64,000 nt of DNA, taken from positions 130,014,001 to 130,078,000 of the forward strand of contig NC_043001.1 in NCBI RefSeq assembly GCF_006345805.1. Reading direction: 5' to 3'. Shown piece by piece: positions 1-14,151 of this stretch. The notes below the pieces were generated by a model that was not told the DNA's origin, did not search any database, and saw only the letters and a list, made by a program, of their open reading frames with translations. The DNA comes from Octopus sinensis (Eukaryota). Numbering within the stretch: position 1 is the stretch's first letter; every line of letters begins with the position of its first letter. A program made the translations under genes and the position numbers.

Positions 1-539
1 ATATATATATATTGATAGATAGAAGAAGATAGATAATAATCCTTTAAGATCCATAAGTCAAAATAATGTACTTGAATATTTGTTGAATGGATTATTATGA
101 AATGTTCATATTATGTATCAATTACAACACTGATCTTAACAATCAGCTTTGAACTGGTATCAAACCAGATGTTAGATAACTGCATGGTTGCATAATATGG
201 CATGCTCGTCAGAGCTAGCAGGTATAGAAAAAGGAGCAGTTGCTGTTTTTATTTTTCTTACTTCTGCTAGCTCTGATAAGCACGTGGTACTCTCGAGAGA
301 GAAGGAGAAAGAAGGACAGAGAGAGCGCAGATGGGTTGTATGGCAATGATCCTCATGGAAACTTCTTAAAGCTTTCTTGCCAGTGACTGGTTGCCCTGAA
401 TGCTCATTATCTTGAACTGACACTTGATCTGTTTTCAAAGGTGTGTGCTGCTCAAAACCCAGTCTTCAACATGACAAAATTGCTCACCAAAACCTATGAT
501 AAAAATTTCTGAATGTTGAAAATCAAGATAACAAACATA

Positions 540-998
540 GGCGCAGGAGTGCTGTGTGGTAAGTAGCTTGCTAACCAACCACATGGTTCCGGTTCAAACC
601 ACTGCATGGCATCTTGGGCAAGGGACTTCTGCTGTAGCCCAGGGCCGACCAATGCCTTGTGAGTGGATTGGTAGATGGAAACTGAAAGAAGCCCGTCGTA
701 TATACGTATATATATATATATTATATATATTATATATATATATATATTATATATATTATATATATATATATATATATGCGTGTGTGTGTTTGTGTGTCTG
801 TGTCCCCCTAGCATTGCTTGACAACCGATGCTGGTGTGTTTACGTCCCGTCACTTAGGCGGTTCGGCAAAAGAGACCGATAAATAAGTACTGGGCTTACA
901 AAGAATAAGTCCCGGGGTTGAGTTGCTCGACTAAAGGCGGTGGTTCCAGCATGGCCGCAGTCCAAATGACTGAAACAAGTAAAAGAGTAAAAGAGAGA
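540..998 (+). mobile_element. tRNA-derived SINE, family A, with internal (TA)n
   Basis: Head GGCGCAGGAGT..GTGTGGTAAGTAGCTTG, body ...GGAAACTGAAAGAAGCCCGTCG, tail ...CAAATGACTGAAACAAGTAAAAGAG. Near-identical copies at 10925-11325 and 58514-58920; reverse copies at 6075-6425, 13435-13645, 41230-41620 and 59210-59610. Confidence 0.85.
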
Positions 999-1199
999 GT
1001 AACTCGCTGAGGTTCATGTTTCTTGAATTGGTCAGCAATCATTGAAATTTCAGAACCATTCTTACATAAGGCCAACAAGTTTTTGTTGGTCCTATCACAG
1101 CAAAATTTGAATTCAGAATATAAAGATGGTCAAAATACAGCTAAACATTTTGCCTCATGTGCTAATGATTCTGCCAGCTTGCTGCCTTTAATAATAATA

Positions 1200-1425
1200 T
1201 TCTGGCCGTTTGCCAGCCTCGTCTGGCACCTGTGCGGGTGGCACGCAAAAAGCACCCACTACACTCGCGGAGTGGTTGGCGTTAGGAAGGGCATCCAGCT
1301 GTAGGAACACTGCCAGATCAGACTGGGCCTGGCACAGCCTTCTGGCTTTACAGACCCCAGCTGAACCGTCCAACCCATGCTAGCATGGAAAACGGACGTT
1401 AAACGATGATGATGATGATGATGAT
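1200..1425 (+). mobile_element. RTE-type 3' tail / SINE ending in (GAT)n
   Basis: AAAAGCACCCACTACACTC...GGAAGGGCATCCAGCTGTAG...CGGACGTTAAACGATGATGATG; the same tail ends the RTE LINE at 44240-44456. Confidence 0.75.
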
Positions 1426-1914
1426 TACAAAGAGTTCATGGAAACTGAACACATGTAGATAAAATAAAGCTTATTAATAGACTGGCTCAGTTAACTGGCT
1501 ACCAATGGAAGTTAGCAGGATAGAAATTTCTTTGCAACCATAAGATTCCAGGTTCATTCCCTCCACATTTCACTTTGAGCAAATGCTATTTTTCAGCAGC
1601 CTCAGGTCAATCCATGCATTGCGAGAGAAACTGGGTAGTTGAAATCTGTATAAAAGCTCATGAAGTAGATTGTGCTTGTAATTCAAAAGGTACAGCCTTG
1701 TCACATGCTGTGTCTGGCTGGTTCTCTATGAGAGAATTATATTGAGGGTATGTATTTGGAATGCTCAGTATATTATTCATTTTATCAAACAACTGAATCC
1801 TCTTCATTCAATGATGGAAATCCATCTCTACATCAATGTGTGTGTTGTGTGTGCGTATATAAATATATATGTACATGCAAGCATTCAATATTCAGGTATA
1901 AATATGTGTTTGTG

Positions 1915-1916
1915 TA

Positions 1917-1948
<32 letters not shown>

Positions 1949-1974
1949 CATCTATCTATCTAACTATCTATCTA

Positions 1975-2011
<37 letters not shown>

Positions 2012-2260
2012 AGTAGTGCCCCAGCATGGCCACAGCCTTTGGGCTGAAATGCAAAAAAGGAACAAATGCATATATGTGTGCGTGTGTATGCATGTATATG
2101 AATATGTGTATACGAATATATTAATATATGTATTGATTATATATATTTATATGAATATATATAATATATATATACATATGAATATATATATATATATATA
2201 ATATATATATATATATATACAGACACACACACATATATATCCCTATATATATACCTATAT

Positions 2261-2339
<79 letters not shown>

Positions 2340-2362
2340 CAATATATATATATATATACCTA

Positions 2363-2438
<76 letters not shown>

Positions 2439-2796
2439 ATATAAAAACATATGTACACATGTATTTTTCCATCTTCAAAAACACATAGCCGTATAAACCG
2501 AAATATGTTGCTTCTCATTGCAAACATATTCGAGCAATTGATGAAAACCATTAACAGTTATCTACATGGAATGTTATGGATAATTCTTTCTTCAAGGCAA
2601 GAATTCATTCATGCACTCTAGAATCATATAACCATACAATTTTACGTACATACATACACATATATATATATATATATAATATATATATATATTATATATA
2701 TATACATACATACACATAAACATATATATATATATATGTATATGATTATATATATTATATATATATTATATATATATATATACATACATACACATA

Positions 2797-2836
<40 letters not shown>

Positions 2837-2945
2837 CATACATACACATATATATATATATAATATATATATATAATATATATATACATACATACACATA
2901 AACATATATATATATATATATATATATGCATCTGTGTGTATCTTT
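1915..2945. repeat. Compound (TATC)n/(TA)n/(TACA)n microsatellite tract
   Basis: Seen directly; source of the Ile/Tyr-rich spurious ORFs. Confidence 0.95.
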
Positions 2946-3459
2946 GTCTATCTAGCTATATATTATACATGACAGCCAGTTTCATATTCCTACCACTCTC
3001 TGCTTTTCCCCTTTGTGTGCATAACATGCACAGAAGCAAACACACTTATAAATATGAAAGTTTATTTATATATATATTTATATATGTTTATTGATTTATA
3101 TGTGAATGTTGTGTGTGTGTGTATATATGTGTGTATGTGATTGTGGGTTTGCATGTGTTTATATGTATATATAACTCTTCTGTTTCCTTCACTTTCTCTG
3201 TTTCTTCCTTTACACACACACACACACACATGCAGACATATACATACACATATATACATATGTACTTATTTACAAAGATACATACACACAGACACACATA
3301 CCACACATACACACGCATATATACATGTACACATGTATGAAATCCTAACCTATCTCTATACTTATATTGTTGATATATTTATATTGTAGATAAAAGTATA
3401 GAGATGTATAGATTGATATAGATATTATATACATATACATACACACATACATACATACA

Positions 3460-3492
<33 letters not shown>

Positions 3493-3520
3493 GTGTGTGT
3501 GTGTGTAATTGTCAATTAAT

Positions 3521-3575
<55 letters not shown>

Positions 3576-3668
3576 TATATATTCAATCTATATATTTATG
3601 TCTATCAACTATTCATCCACCTCTGTGTGGAAATATATATATATATATATATAATTTTAAGATATATC

Positions 3669-3699
<31 letters not shown>

Positions 3700-4424
3700 A
3701 GTGTGTATATATATATATATTTTATATATATTTGTGCATGTATACATATTTGTGTTTGCATGTATGTAGCAACAATTCAAATAAGCAAAGCGTAGCTTTA
3801 AAGTACATCAAAAGAAATTAGTACTGTGTCTATCCTAATGAAAGTAAATAGAAATGGAAAGGAAAAGAGTGAGAGAGAGAGAGAGAGAGAAAGAGTGAGA
3901 GACGGGGGAGAGAGTGTGAGGGAGAAATGGAAGGAGAGAAAGAATAAAATGTAAAAACTTCATAAAATATAAAGAATGAAGGAAATAGAAAAAAAAAACA
4001 AGATGAATAATAAATAAATAGACCAAATAAATGTGACAAAAATTTAATATTATAAGAACTTAGTTCCTCTTCCCCCCTTCACCTTTTTCTCTCTCTCTCT
4101 CTTTCTCTTCTTTGCAAGTCAGTCTTTCCACCTGTCAAGGTGCCTTGAAGCTGTAAGACAATAATATACAGAAAGATTCAGGAGGATGAATTACTGCTGA
4201 GTAAGTCTTCGGAGTTACTGGCATCCCGAGTGAAGCATGATGAAAGAGAAAGCGAAAGCGAAAGTAGAATGGAGGGTGTAAATAAAAAAAAAAGCTTAAA
4301 ACTTCTTTATTATACTTATTTTGTGTACATATATCTATGTATAGATATATGTGTGTGTGTGATTGTACTGTGTGATGGGGTGTGTGGTTGGGACAGCTAT
4401 CATCTCTGGAGATGAAGCAATCAT

Positions 4425-5030
<606 letters not shown>

Positions 5031-5213
5031 TAATTTGCTCTATATTTGTCTTACATAGCTCAGTAGAATCTAGGCTGCAGAAACAAATATGTGAGTGGTT
5101 GTTATTTAGGGCCTGTGAATATGTTTGTAAATGTTGTAAATATTTTGTATGCCCAACATCTTCCTATATGTAACTTATTCATATATGCTTGCTTGTATTT
5201 GCATATACATGAC

Positions 5214-5251
<38 letters not shown>

Positions 5252-5265
5252 ACACACACACACTA

Positions 5266-5313
<48 letters not shown>

Positions 5314-5319
<6 letters not shown>

Positions 5320-5502
5320 ATTATTAGAGACAAAACCACTATTTTGCAAAACAAACAAGGAAAGACTTAATCAATACATAAAATTTTAATAAATAGTCAA
5401 AAAAACCGCCACGGTTTTTTTGACTTTTATTAAAATTTTATGTATTGATTAAGTCTTTCCTTGCTTGTTTTGCAAAATAGTGGTTTTGTCTCTAATAATA
5501 TT
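5314..5502. repeat. Near-perfect foldback (arms ~90 bp)
   Basis: AAAATATTATTAGAGACAAAACCACTATTTTGCAAAAC...AAAACCG CCA CGGTTTT...GTTTTGCAAAATAGTGGTTTTGTCTCTAATAATATTTT. Confidence 0.9.
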
Positions 5503-5589
5503 TTAATAATATTTTACTATAAAATTGGATTTAATCCTAAATCTGATTTTTTCCCTGTAAATTTGGATTTATTCCCTAATATTTATTAT

Positions 5590-5623
<34 letters not shown>

Positions 5624-5854
5624 ATATATATATAATATAATATATACATATATTCCAAATACACATACACACATATATATATATATATATATATACTACA
5701 TACACAAATATACATACATTATGTGTGTATATTTCTGTTTATATTCATATAATTCATTAATATATACATGTATATATACATACAGGCTTATATACATATA
5801 TTAATACATGCAAACATAAACATGTATATATTCAAATATATGAATGTGTGATGT

Positions 5855-5916
<62 letters not shown>

Positions 5917-6514
5917 ATATATATATCAATGCTCGAACTGAGGAGTAGATAGACAGCTGACAACTGATGAAGGGTCGTTCTTCGTGTTACTTGTCCTGAT
6001 TTCTATATATTTCTCTCATTGTTTGTGTATTGAACTCATTTGTTTTCGTATTTCATGTTGTTTACTGTTTACTGTTGGTGTCATTTGACTGTGGCCATAC
6101 TGGAGCACCACCTTTAGTTGAACAAATCGACCCCAGGACTTATTTGAAAGCTTATTACTTATTCTATTGGCCTCTTTTGCCAAACTGCTAAGTTACAGGG
6201 ATGTAAACACACCAGCATTGGTTGTCAAGCGATGGTGGGTGGACAAACACACACACATAGACACACATATATGACGGGCTTCTTTCAGTTTCCATCTACC
6301 AAATCTACTCACAAAGCTTTGGTTGGCCCCAGGCTATAGTAGAAAACACATAAGGTGTCACACAGTGGAACTGAACCTGGAACCATGTGGTTGGTAAGCA
6401 ATCTACTTACCACACAGCCACTCATGTAATTATATATATATATATATATATATGCATTATATATATGTAATTATATATATATGTATCATATATATACATG
6501 TTATATATGTAATT

Positions 6515-6840
6515 GCGAAGGTACATGGCTCAGTGGTTAGAGCGTCGGGCTCACAATCATCAGGTAGTGAGTTCAATTCCCAGACTGGGCTGTATGTTGT
6601 GTTCTTGAGAAAGACACTTTATTTCATGTTGGTCCAGTTCACTCAGCTGCAGAAATGAGTTGTGATGTCACTGGTGTCTTTGTCTTCCCCTTGGATAACA
6701 TCGGTGGTATGAAGAGGGGAGGCTGGTATGTATGGATGATTGCTGGTCTTCCCTAAACAATCTTACCCAAACTTGTGCCTCAGAGGAGAACTTTCTAATT
6801 GCAATCCCATGGACATTCATGACTGAAGGGGGTCTTTACA
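6515..6840 (+). mobile_element. tRNA-derived SINE, family C
   Basis: GAAGGTACATGGCTCAGTGGTTAGAGCGTCGGGCTCACAATCAT with A/B-box-like motifs (TGGCTCAGTGG, GTTCAATTCC); second copy at 50945-51250. Confidence 0.8.
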
Positions 6841-7917
6841 TTTTGCCTACAAATGTATTTATTAATTTATCTAAATTTTCAATAAATGAAAAAAGGAAAC
6901 TATGTCATGTATTAGTGTTTGCTAAGTTTATAGTGAGGCTTCTAAATTCTGGGTTTTGCTTTTAAGTTTGAAATTTTCTCTCTAAATCATTGACCAATTC
7001 AGCAATGAGAACTAGTCCATTAACATGCAAACATTTCTATGGACAACTGGTTCCAAAACTCCTGTTATATCCTGAGGAGCTACAATGCACAGGAGAGAAA
7101 TGAGAACTGAGACCTGTTGTTCACTAACCTTCCTGCTGGATTCTTGCTGAAATTAACACTTAACTTACTAATGAAGCCTTTGTACATGTCCTGCATTACA
7201 ACACTATTCTCTCAAGACACTCACCTAGCCTTAGCGTTCTTAGCAACTACCAGACCACAAATAACGGTACCTAGTCAAAGCCTTTTCTAGAACCACAAAA
7301 TCTGGGCAGTGTAGATTTACTCTTAGATATTTAAAGGGAAAAATTTGACAAGACAGTCAGTCACCGGATGACACTCGCTGACGATACATCGAAGAGGCCA
7401 GGGAACAGAAGTTAGAAGACATGCACCCAACACCAGAGCTGAAGACACCTCCGAAAGGGGGGGCCCCGCCATGTCAAAACGGTAGAGGAGTAGGGGCCGA
7501 AACCGGACGTGATTCTTCCTGATGATATCTTGAGCTAACTGGATCCTATAGAGGAGCTGTTGTGGTAGCAAACCATGAAACACGGTTGTAATTCCTCTTT
7601 ACTTATGTAGTTATAGTACTATGAAGATAGCATTGGTGCCACTGTCTACCAGTATAGGTCTGATATACATTTCACCTTGGTTAATTGTCTGCCCAGTTAC
7701 TTTTGCTACAAACATTTCAAAAACTGGTCTGATCTGGTTAAAAGAAAAAAAAAAAAAACTTATCTCCTTATAGTTATCTTTCTCTTCAGAACCTTTGCTT
7801 TTGTATCAGCAGATAATGAACTACTGGCCAGTCATCGTGTTTAATATTTTCATGTATTACCCAATTCACTATGGAAATGATTAGCATATGACCTACTTTG
7901 CCAGATATTTTCAGCAA

Positions 7918-8163
7918 ACATACATACATACATACATACAAACATACATATATACATACATGCATACATACAAACATACATACATACAAACATACATACA
8001 TACAAACATACATACATACATACATACATACATACATACATACATACATACATACATACATACATACATACATACATACATACATACATACAGATAGACA
8101 GAGAGATATACATGCATACATATCTATGTACATACATACATGTACACACACACACAAACACAG

Positions 8164-8230
<67 letters not shown>
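7918..8230. repeat. (TACA)n then (TA)n microsatellite
   Basis: Seen directly. Confidence 0.95.
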
Positions 8231-8233
<3 letters not shown>

Positions 8234-8883
8234 TTTTGTACAACCCCAACATCCCTGAAGCTAGCTTTGTTGTAACTCCACCACTATCAACAATAACAAT
8301 AACAAAAGCAACAATAATTCTTTAAAATAGATAATTACCCTTTGGTTGGTTTCTGGCTAAACAGTAGTTAAAAAAGAAAAAGACAGATATGTTACGGAAT
8401 GGCACAAAGAAAAAAAAAAAATTCTGTGTGTACATATGTGTGTATGTGTGAGAGTGAGTGTGGGTGTATATGTATGTCTATCTCTATGTTTGTAAGTATA
8501 TGTATGCATGTATATAAGTAAAAATATCATCATCATCATCACTGTTTAACATCCACCTTCCATGCTCACATGGGTACACATATACATGTTGTATATGTGT
8601 ATGTATATACATTTACATATATATATATATATATAATATATATATATACACACACAGACACACCACACATACATATATACACATATATATATATGTATGT
8701 ATATATACTCATATGTATAAGTGTATATATATATATGTATATATATATATCTATATATATATGTATATATAAATACATTTATATGTATATATTTATAAAT
8801 ACATATATATATATTTATATATATGTATTTATATACATATATATATGTATATATAAATACATTTATATGTATATATATATATA

Positions 8884-8919
<36 letters not shown>

Positions 8920-9458
8920 GTTTTTATATACATATATATATATATATACACATATATATATACATATATATATGTATATATATATATATCTATGTACATA
9001 CATATATGTGCATATATACATATAATATATAAATATATGTATATATACATACATATGCGCAAGTGTGTATACTTAGACACAAACACGTACATATATGCAC
9101 ACCTACACATACAAACCATATACATGCATACACACACACACAGACACACTACAAAACTAACAAAACTGTAAGGCAATTAGGATGAGTGGTAGGGGTAGGG
9201 GGGACGCCTGTATGAATGCAATATAAGAAAAAACATCATGTAGATATTATTATTGGCCACTAAGATGACAACATGAAGAATATTGAATTAAAAAAACAGT
9301 AAAAGATACTGCCCGGAACTATTCCAGCTCAGAATATTTCATTATAGAGAAATTATTGCTTTGATTATGGTTGTTGTTTGTGGTGTTATAGTTATCACTG
9401 TTGATTTTTATGCTACTTATTTACACTTTATTGATTTTCTTTTCAGTATAGGATAATA

Positions 9459-9481
9459 ATGTTATTATTATTAATATTATT

Positions 9482-9512
<31 letters not shown>

Positions 9513-9520
9513 ATATTATT

Positions 9521-9551
<31 letters not shown>

Positions 9552-10260
9552 ATATTATTATTAATATTATTATTATTATTAAAATTAGTACTATTATCGT
9601 TATTATTATTATTATTAATATTATTATTATTAATATTGATATTATTATTATTATTATTATTAATATTATTATTATTATTATCATTATTATTATCATTATT
9701 ATTATTATTATTATTAATATTATTATTATTAATATTATTATTATTATTATCATTATTATTATTATTATTATTATTAATATTATTATTATTAATATTATTA
9801 TTATTATTAATATTATTATTATTAATATTATTATTATTATTATCATTGATATTATTATTATTATTATTACTTTTTTTTTCTTCTTTCAAATTTGCTTCCA
9901 TTTCTTGCCGAGTGTCTTCCCGACTCCTAGGGCAAAGAAGCTCATAGTATACATTGGTAGGCCATTAAACCAAACTCAATAGTTCGTTCATTTTTATTTT
10001 TTTATTTTTTTTAAGTTAAATTAAAATACATGAGCAGCAACAGTTCTCACATCGACAATGCTCTTCTCAATACGTGTGATGTACCAGTTAAGACAATCTT
10101 TTGCACTTCTTGCAGGGATGGTAAGCCAGGGATCATTCTCATATAATTTTCAGTTCCCTTCTTGATCATTCCTAGTGCTCCTACGATCACTGGTATTGAG
10201 ATGCCACATTTTCTCAATTTCAATGAGTAGGTCTTTATATTTTCTGAGCTTGTCAAACTC
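9459..10260 (-). mobile_element. 3' end of a HERO/R2-group non-LTR retrotransposon (REL endonuclease C-terminus) with a long (AAT)n tail
   Basis: The minus ORF reads IPVIVGALGMIKKGTENYMRMIPGLPSLQEVQKIVLTGTSHVLRRAL, the typical REL-endonuclease terminus. It is followed by a 3' UTR and ~410 bp of (AAT)n at 9459-9868. Confidence 0.75.
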
Positions 10261-10301
10261 TTTCGCTGAGATATTATTATTATATTATTATTATATTATT
10301 A

Positions 10302-10351
<50 letters not shown>

Positions 10352-10354
10352 TTA

Positions 10355-10575
10355 AGGCGGCATGCTGGCAGAATCATTAGCATGCTGGGTGAAATGCTTA
10401 GTGGTATTTCATCAATCTTTACATTCTGAGTTCAAATTCCGCTGAGGTTGACTTTGCCTTTCGTCCTTTTGGAGGTCGATAAATTAAGTACCAGTTGAGT
10501 ACTGGGGGTTGATATAATCAACTATACCCCTCCACTAAATTTCAGGCCTTGTGCCTTTAGTAGAAAGTATTATTA
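10355..10575 (+). mobile_element. tRNA-derived SINE, family B
   Basis: GCTGGCAGAATCATTAGC...TTCTGAGTTCAAATTCCGC.GAGGT.GACTTTGCCTTTC...TAAATTAAGTACCAG. Other copies at 22110-22325, 55125-55345, 55676-55915 (-) and 61090-61310. Confidence 0.85.
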
Positions 10576-11062
10576 TTATCATTTATCTTGAGATGCTGTC
10601 CTCCCATGTAAGGAGGACAACATAACCCCCATCCCTTCCTTTTTTATTTTATTTTGCTTTATTTTTACTATTGTATACTGTGTATACTTTCCTTATCTAT
10701 CTTGCAGTATACTGTGCATACTTACTATACATTTACATATATGTGTGTGTGTATGTGTGTGTGTGTTATATATATATATATATATATATATAAACACACA
10801 CACATATTCTCTCATTTCATTGAATGTAATGACCCATACTTGGTCTTTGTATTGTCCCTTCATCCTTCGCACTGGTGGAAAATAAATGAAAATATTATTA
10901 TTATTATTATTATTATTATTGTTATTAGTAACTTACCAGCCACATAGTTCTGGGTTCAGTCCCACTGTGTGGCACCTTGGGCAAGTGTCTTCTACTATAG
11001 CCTTGGGCCGACCAAAGCATTGTGAGTGGATTTGGAAGACGGAAGCTGAAAGAAGCCTGTCG

Positions 11063-11095
<33 letters not shown>

Positions 11096-12152
11096 ATGTG
11101 TGTGAGTTTGTGTGTCTGTGTTTGTCCCCCCAACATCACCTGACAACCGATGCTGGTGTGTTTACGTCCCCGTAACCTAGCTGTTTGGCAAAAGAGACCA
11201 ATAGAACAAGTAGTAGGCTTACAAAGAATAAGTCCTGGGGTCGATTTTCTCAACTAAAGGTGATTCTCCAGCATGGCCACAGTCAAATGACTGAAACAAG
11301 TAAAAGAGTAAAAGAGAGTAAAAGAGATTATCATTATTATTATTCAAAATAGTTTGATTTGACTCCATGTGGCGTAAAGTTTCACAGGCTTCTCACAGAA
11401 TGCTAGCTCATTCAGGTTCAGATAACTGGTTATCTAAAGAAGCCTGCTACACATTAAGTTGCATGGAACTAGATCAAACTGTTTTAATTAATAGTATATG
11501 TAATTTCAACTAAATGTATGTAGTGGCTTTTTCTTTTGTTTTTCCATTCCCGTGTGTGAGTGTACATATATACAGTAATACCCCACATTATGAGGACCTG
11601 GTTACAAGACCCTGGGTTTAGAAGTTTTATTTTATAATGAATTTTTCAAGCACAAGATTCAAATTTTGAATGAAGTGCAAAAGTTTCTTCTACCATAACA
11701 AATACTTCTGCATGTAATGGAGAAATTTATATAGTCTAAAAGCTTCTTCTAAGCAAACATCTCTATGCTTGAATTTTAAAAAGAGATGTACAAGTCTGTC
11801 TATGAGTGCTTGTGAATTGGGATCAAGTCTACAAGTGATGGTGTGTGCGAGTATAGTGTGAATGAAAGTGATTCACAAAATGACTATAATAATAATATTT
11901 CTTATTATAAATGATCTTGACATTCTTTTTACTTTACATAAAATATTCTTTACATTCTACTGTTTCTTTATTGCAATTTATTTACGAGTATTATAAATTT
12001 TATAGGTAAAATATTTTTCTGTGAATGAATTATGATTCATAATATTGCTACTATGGGAAATTATTGCTCTGGTTTATGACTTTTCACTTAAAGGTTGGTC
12101 TTTGAGAGCAAATTAACTTGTATATCAAGACATTATTGTATATATATATATA

Positions 12153-12186
<34 letters not shown>

Positions 12187-12208
12187 TATATGTACATATA
12201 TATATATA

Positions 12209-12605
12209 TTTACAATATAAGGGCAAAAAATAATTCTAATGCCAGATATGCCGAAAAAAAAGACAGAAATTGTCAATTAACCATTATAATTTATGCGTCT
12301 CAAAAGAATTTTCTCCTCTTCAGCGGCAAATACGCGAGATATAAGTGAGATACTTACTCATACCCACGTTGCTTTTTCCGTGGGTATGAGTAAGTATTTC
12401 ACTTACATCTCGCGTATTTGCTGCTGAAGAGGAGAAAATTCTTATGAATTAACTCCGAAATTGGTCCGATACGGTGATAACGAATTTTTTGAAATTTTTA
12501 TCGGTTTGTTTCGAGACGCATAAATTATAATGGTTAATTGACAATTTCTGTCTTTTTTTCGGCATATTTGGCATTAGAATGTTTCTTTTGCCCTTATATT
12601 GTAAA
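12209..12605. mobile_element. Foldback element with nested long inverted arms
   Basis: Outer arms TACAATATAAGGGCAAAA...GCGTCTC / GAGACGC...TTTTGCCCTTATATTGTA. Inner arms GAATTTTCTCCTCTTCAGC...CCCACG / CGTGGG...GAGGAGAAAATTC. Confidence 0.85.
12413..12473 (+). ncRNA. Candidate type I hammerhead ribozyme (Penelope-associated minimal type)
   Basis: CTGAAGA at 12424-12430; stem II GGAG..AATTC-TTAT-GAATT..CTCC; GAAA at 12457-12460; GTC cleavage triplet at 12464-12466; stem I includes CGTAT/ATACG. Confidence 0.6.
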
Positions 12606-12722
12606 TTATTTATAAATTTAACCTTTAAAGGTATTTTTTGATATGCTGGCCATTGATGAAATTTTTTTCCTGAAAAAAATTTTATCCTACATTAATTATG
12701 TACATATATATATATATATATA

Positions 12723-13050
12723 TCTCTTATTATAAAAGGCAGATTTTATCTGCCTCCCTTTGGGAGTTATACAAATCTACAATATAGGATTTCTTCAATT
12801 ACAATTTACCTGGCATTTTTAAGAGTACAATGCATCGCGTCATGCCAGGTCCAGTTTTTAAAATTTAAACTCCAATTAAGCAAAATTTACAGAAAACTCA
12901 CATTCTGGTGTGTGGTCAAATGCTTTTCTTAGTCTGGTTTACACCACACGCAAACGCACACACACAGTGGGCAACAAATAAAATGAAACTAATTCACTTA
13001 CTGTGGTGAGTGATTCTTTCACTCTGCCTCCCACTTCTTCTTTCCACACA
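12723..13050 (+). mobile_element. Helitron 5' portion, no 3' CTAG end seen
   Basis: Starts A|TCTCTTATTATAAAAGGCAG; near-identical to 14541-14870. Confidence 0.6.
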
Positions 13051-13728
13051 TACACACGCAAATATATAAATAAAATTGTAAGCTAATGTGCGTGTGTGGT
13101 GTGTGTGGTGCGCGTGTGTGTGTGTGACGATGTGTGTGTGTGTGTGTGTGTGTTGTGTGTGTGTGTGTGCGTGTGCGTGAGTGTGTGACAGGAAAGTTTT
13201 TTTAGACGAATATAACACCTATATCCAAGTAGCAGAAAGATAAGACAGTAAGGTGTGATTTGAGGGAGATTTGGCTGCTATTTCTACCATGTCTAGCTGC
13301 CATGTAGGGTTCTCCCTCATAGGCTCATACATACATATATACATAGATAAGACAGTAAGGTGTGATTTGGGGGAAATTTTGCTGCTATTTCTACCAGGTC
13401 TAGCTACCATGTAGAGGTCCCCCTCAATTCTTTTATTCTTCTGCTTTTTCCAGCCATTGCTCTGTGGCCATGCTGGGGCAATGCCTTGAAGAATTGTAGT
13501 TTAATGAATCAACTCCAGTTTTATTTTTGTAAGCATTGTACTTATTCTATCTGTTTCCTTTGTCAAACCACTAGGTGACAGGGATGTAAACAAACCAACA
13601 TTCGTTGTCAAGCAGTGGTGGAGGACAATCACAAGCACAGACACGCACACACACACACATACATGCATACACATATACAACCACATACATACATACATAC
13701 ATATATATATATGTGTGTATATATATAT

Positions 13729-13985
13729 TGCAGCGTGGAAGGTGTTTGTAAGCCATTTAAGAAACACCACAAAACCGTTACATTCACTTCAACATTTAAA
13801 TTTAATTTGCCAAAATATTTTCGTCGCTTTGAGACCGCGACCTGTTCACTGACAAAATATCGTGCTAACAGGTCGCGGTCTCAAAGCGACGAAAATATTT
13901 TGACAAATTTAATTTAAATGTTGAAGTGAATGTAACGGTTTTTGTGTGTTTCTTAAATGGCTTATAAACACCTTCAACACTGCAA
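13729..13985. repeat. Foldback element (arms ~115 bp, ~20-nt loop)
   Basis: GAAGGTGTTTGTAAGCCATTTAAGAAAC...GAGACCGCGACCTGTT / AACAGGTCGCGGTCTC...GTTTCTTAAATGGCTTATAAACACCTTC. Confidence 0.9.
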
Positions 13986-14151
13986 CTGTTTTCGTTCCAG
14001 CACACGATCTCAGATCAAGTCACTTGCTATGCAAGTACATCTCTGTAACTATATATATATATTTATATATATATATATATATGTATATTGGTAAAAACAG
14101 TAAGATAACAAAAGAAAGAAAGAGACCTCAATATTATGTAAATAGAGGAAA

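Noticed and set aside
5955-6000. CTGATGAAGGG as a further hammerhead
   Set aside because: No matching stem II 3' strand or GAAA follows.
6515-6600. tRNA gene calls from A/B-box motifs (also 46580-46650 and 50945-51020)
   Set aside because: These are SINE heads followed by SINE bodies; no complete cloverleaf is evident.
9421-9947. Poly-Ile, poly-Asn and poly-Leu ORFs
   Set aside because: Translations of the (AAT)n tail of a LINE.
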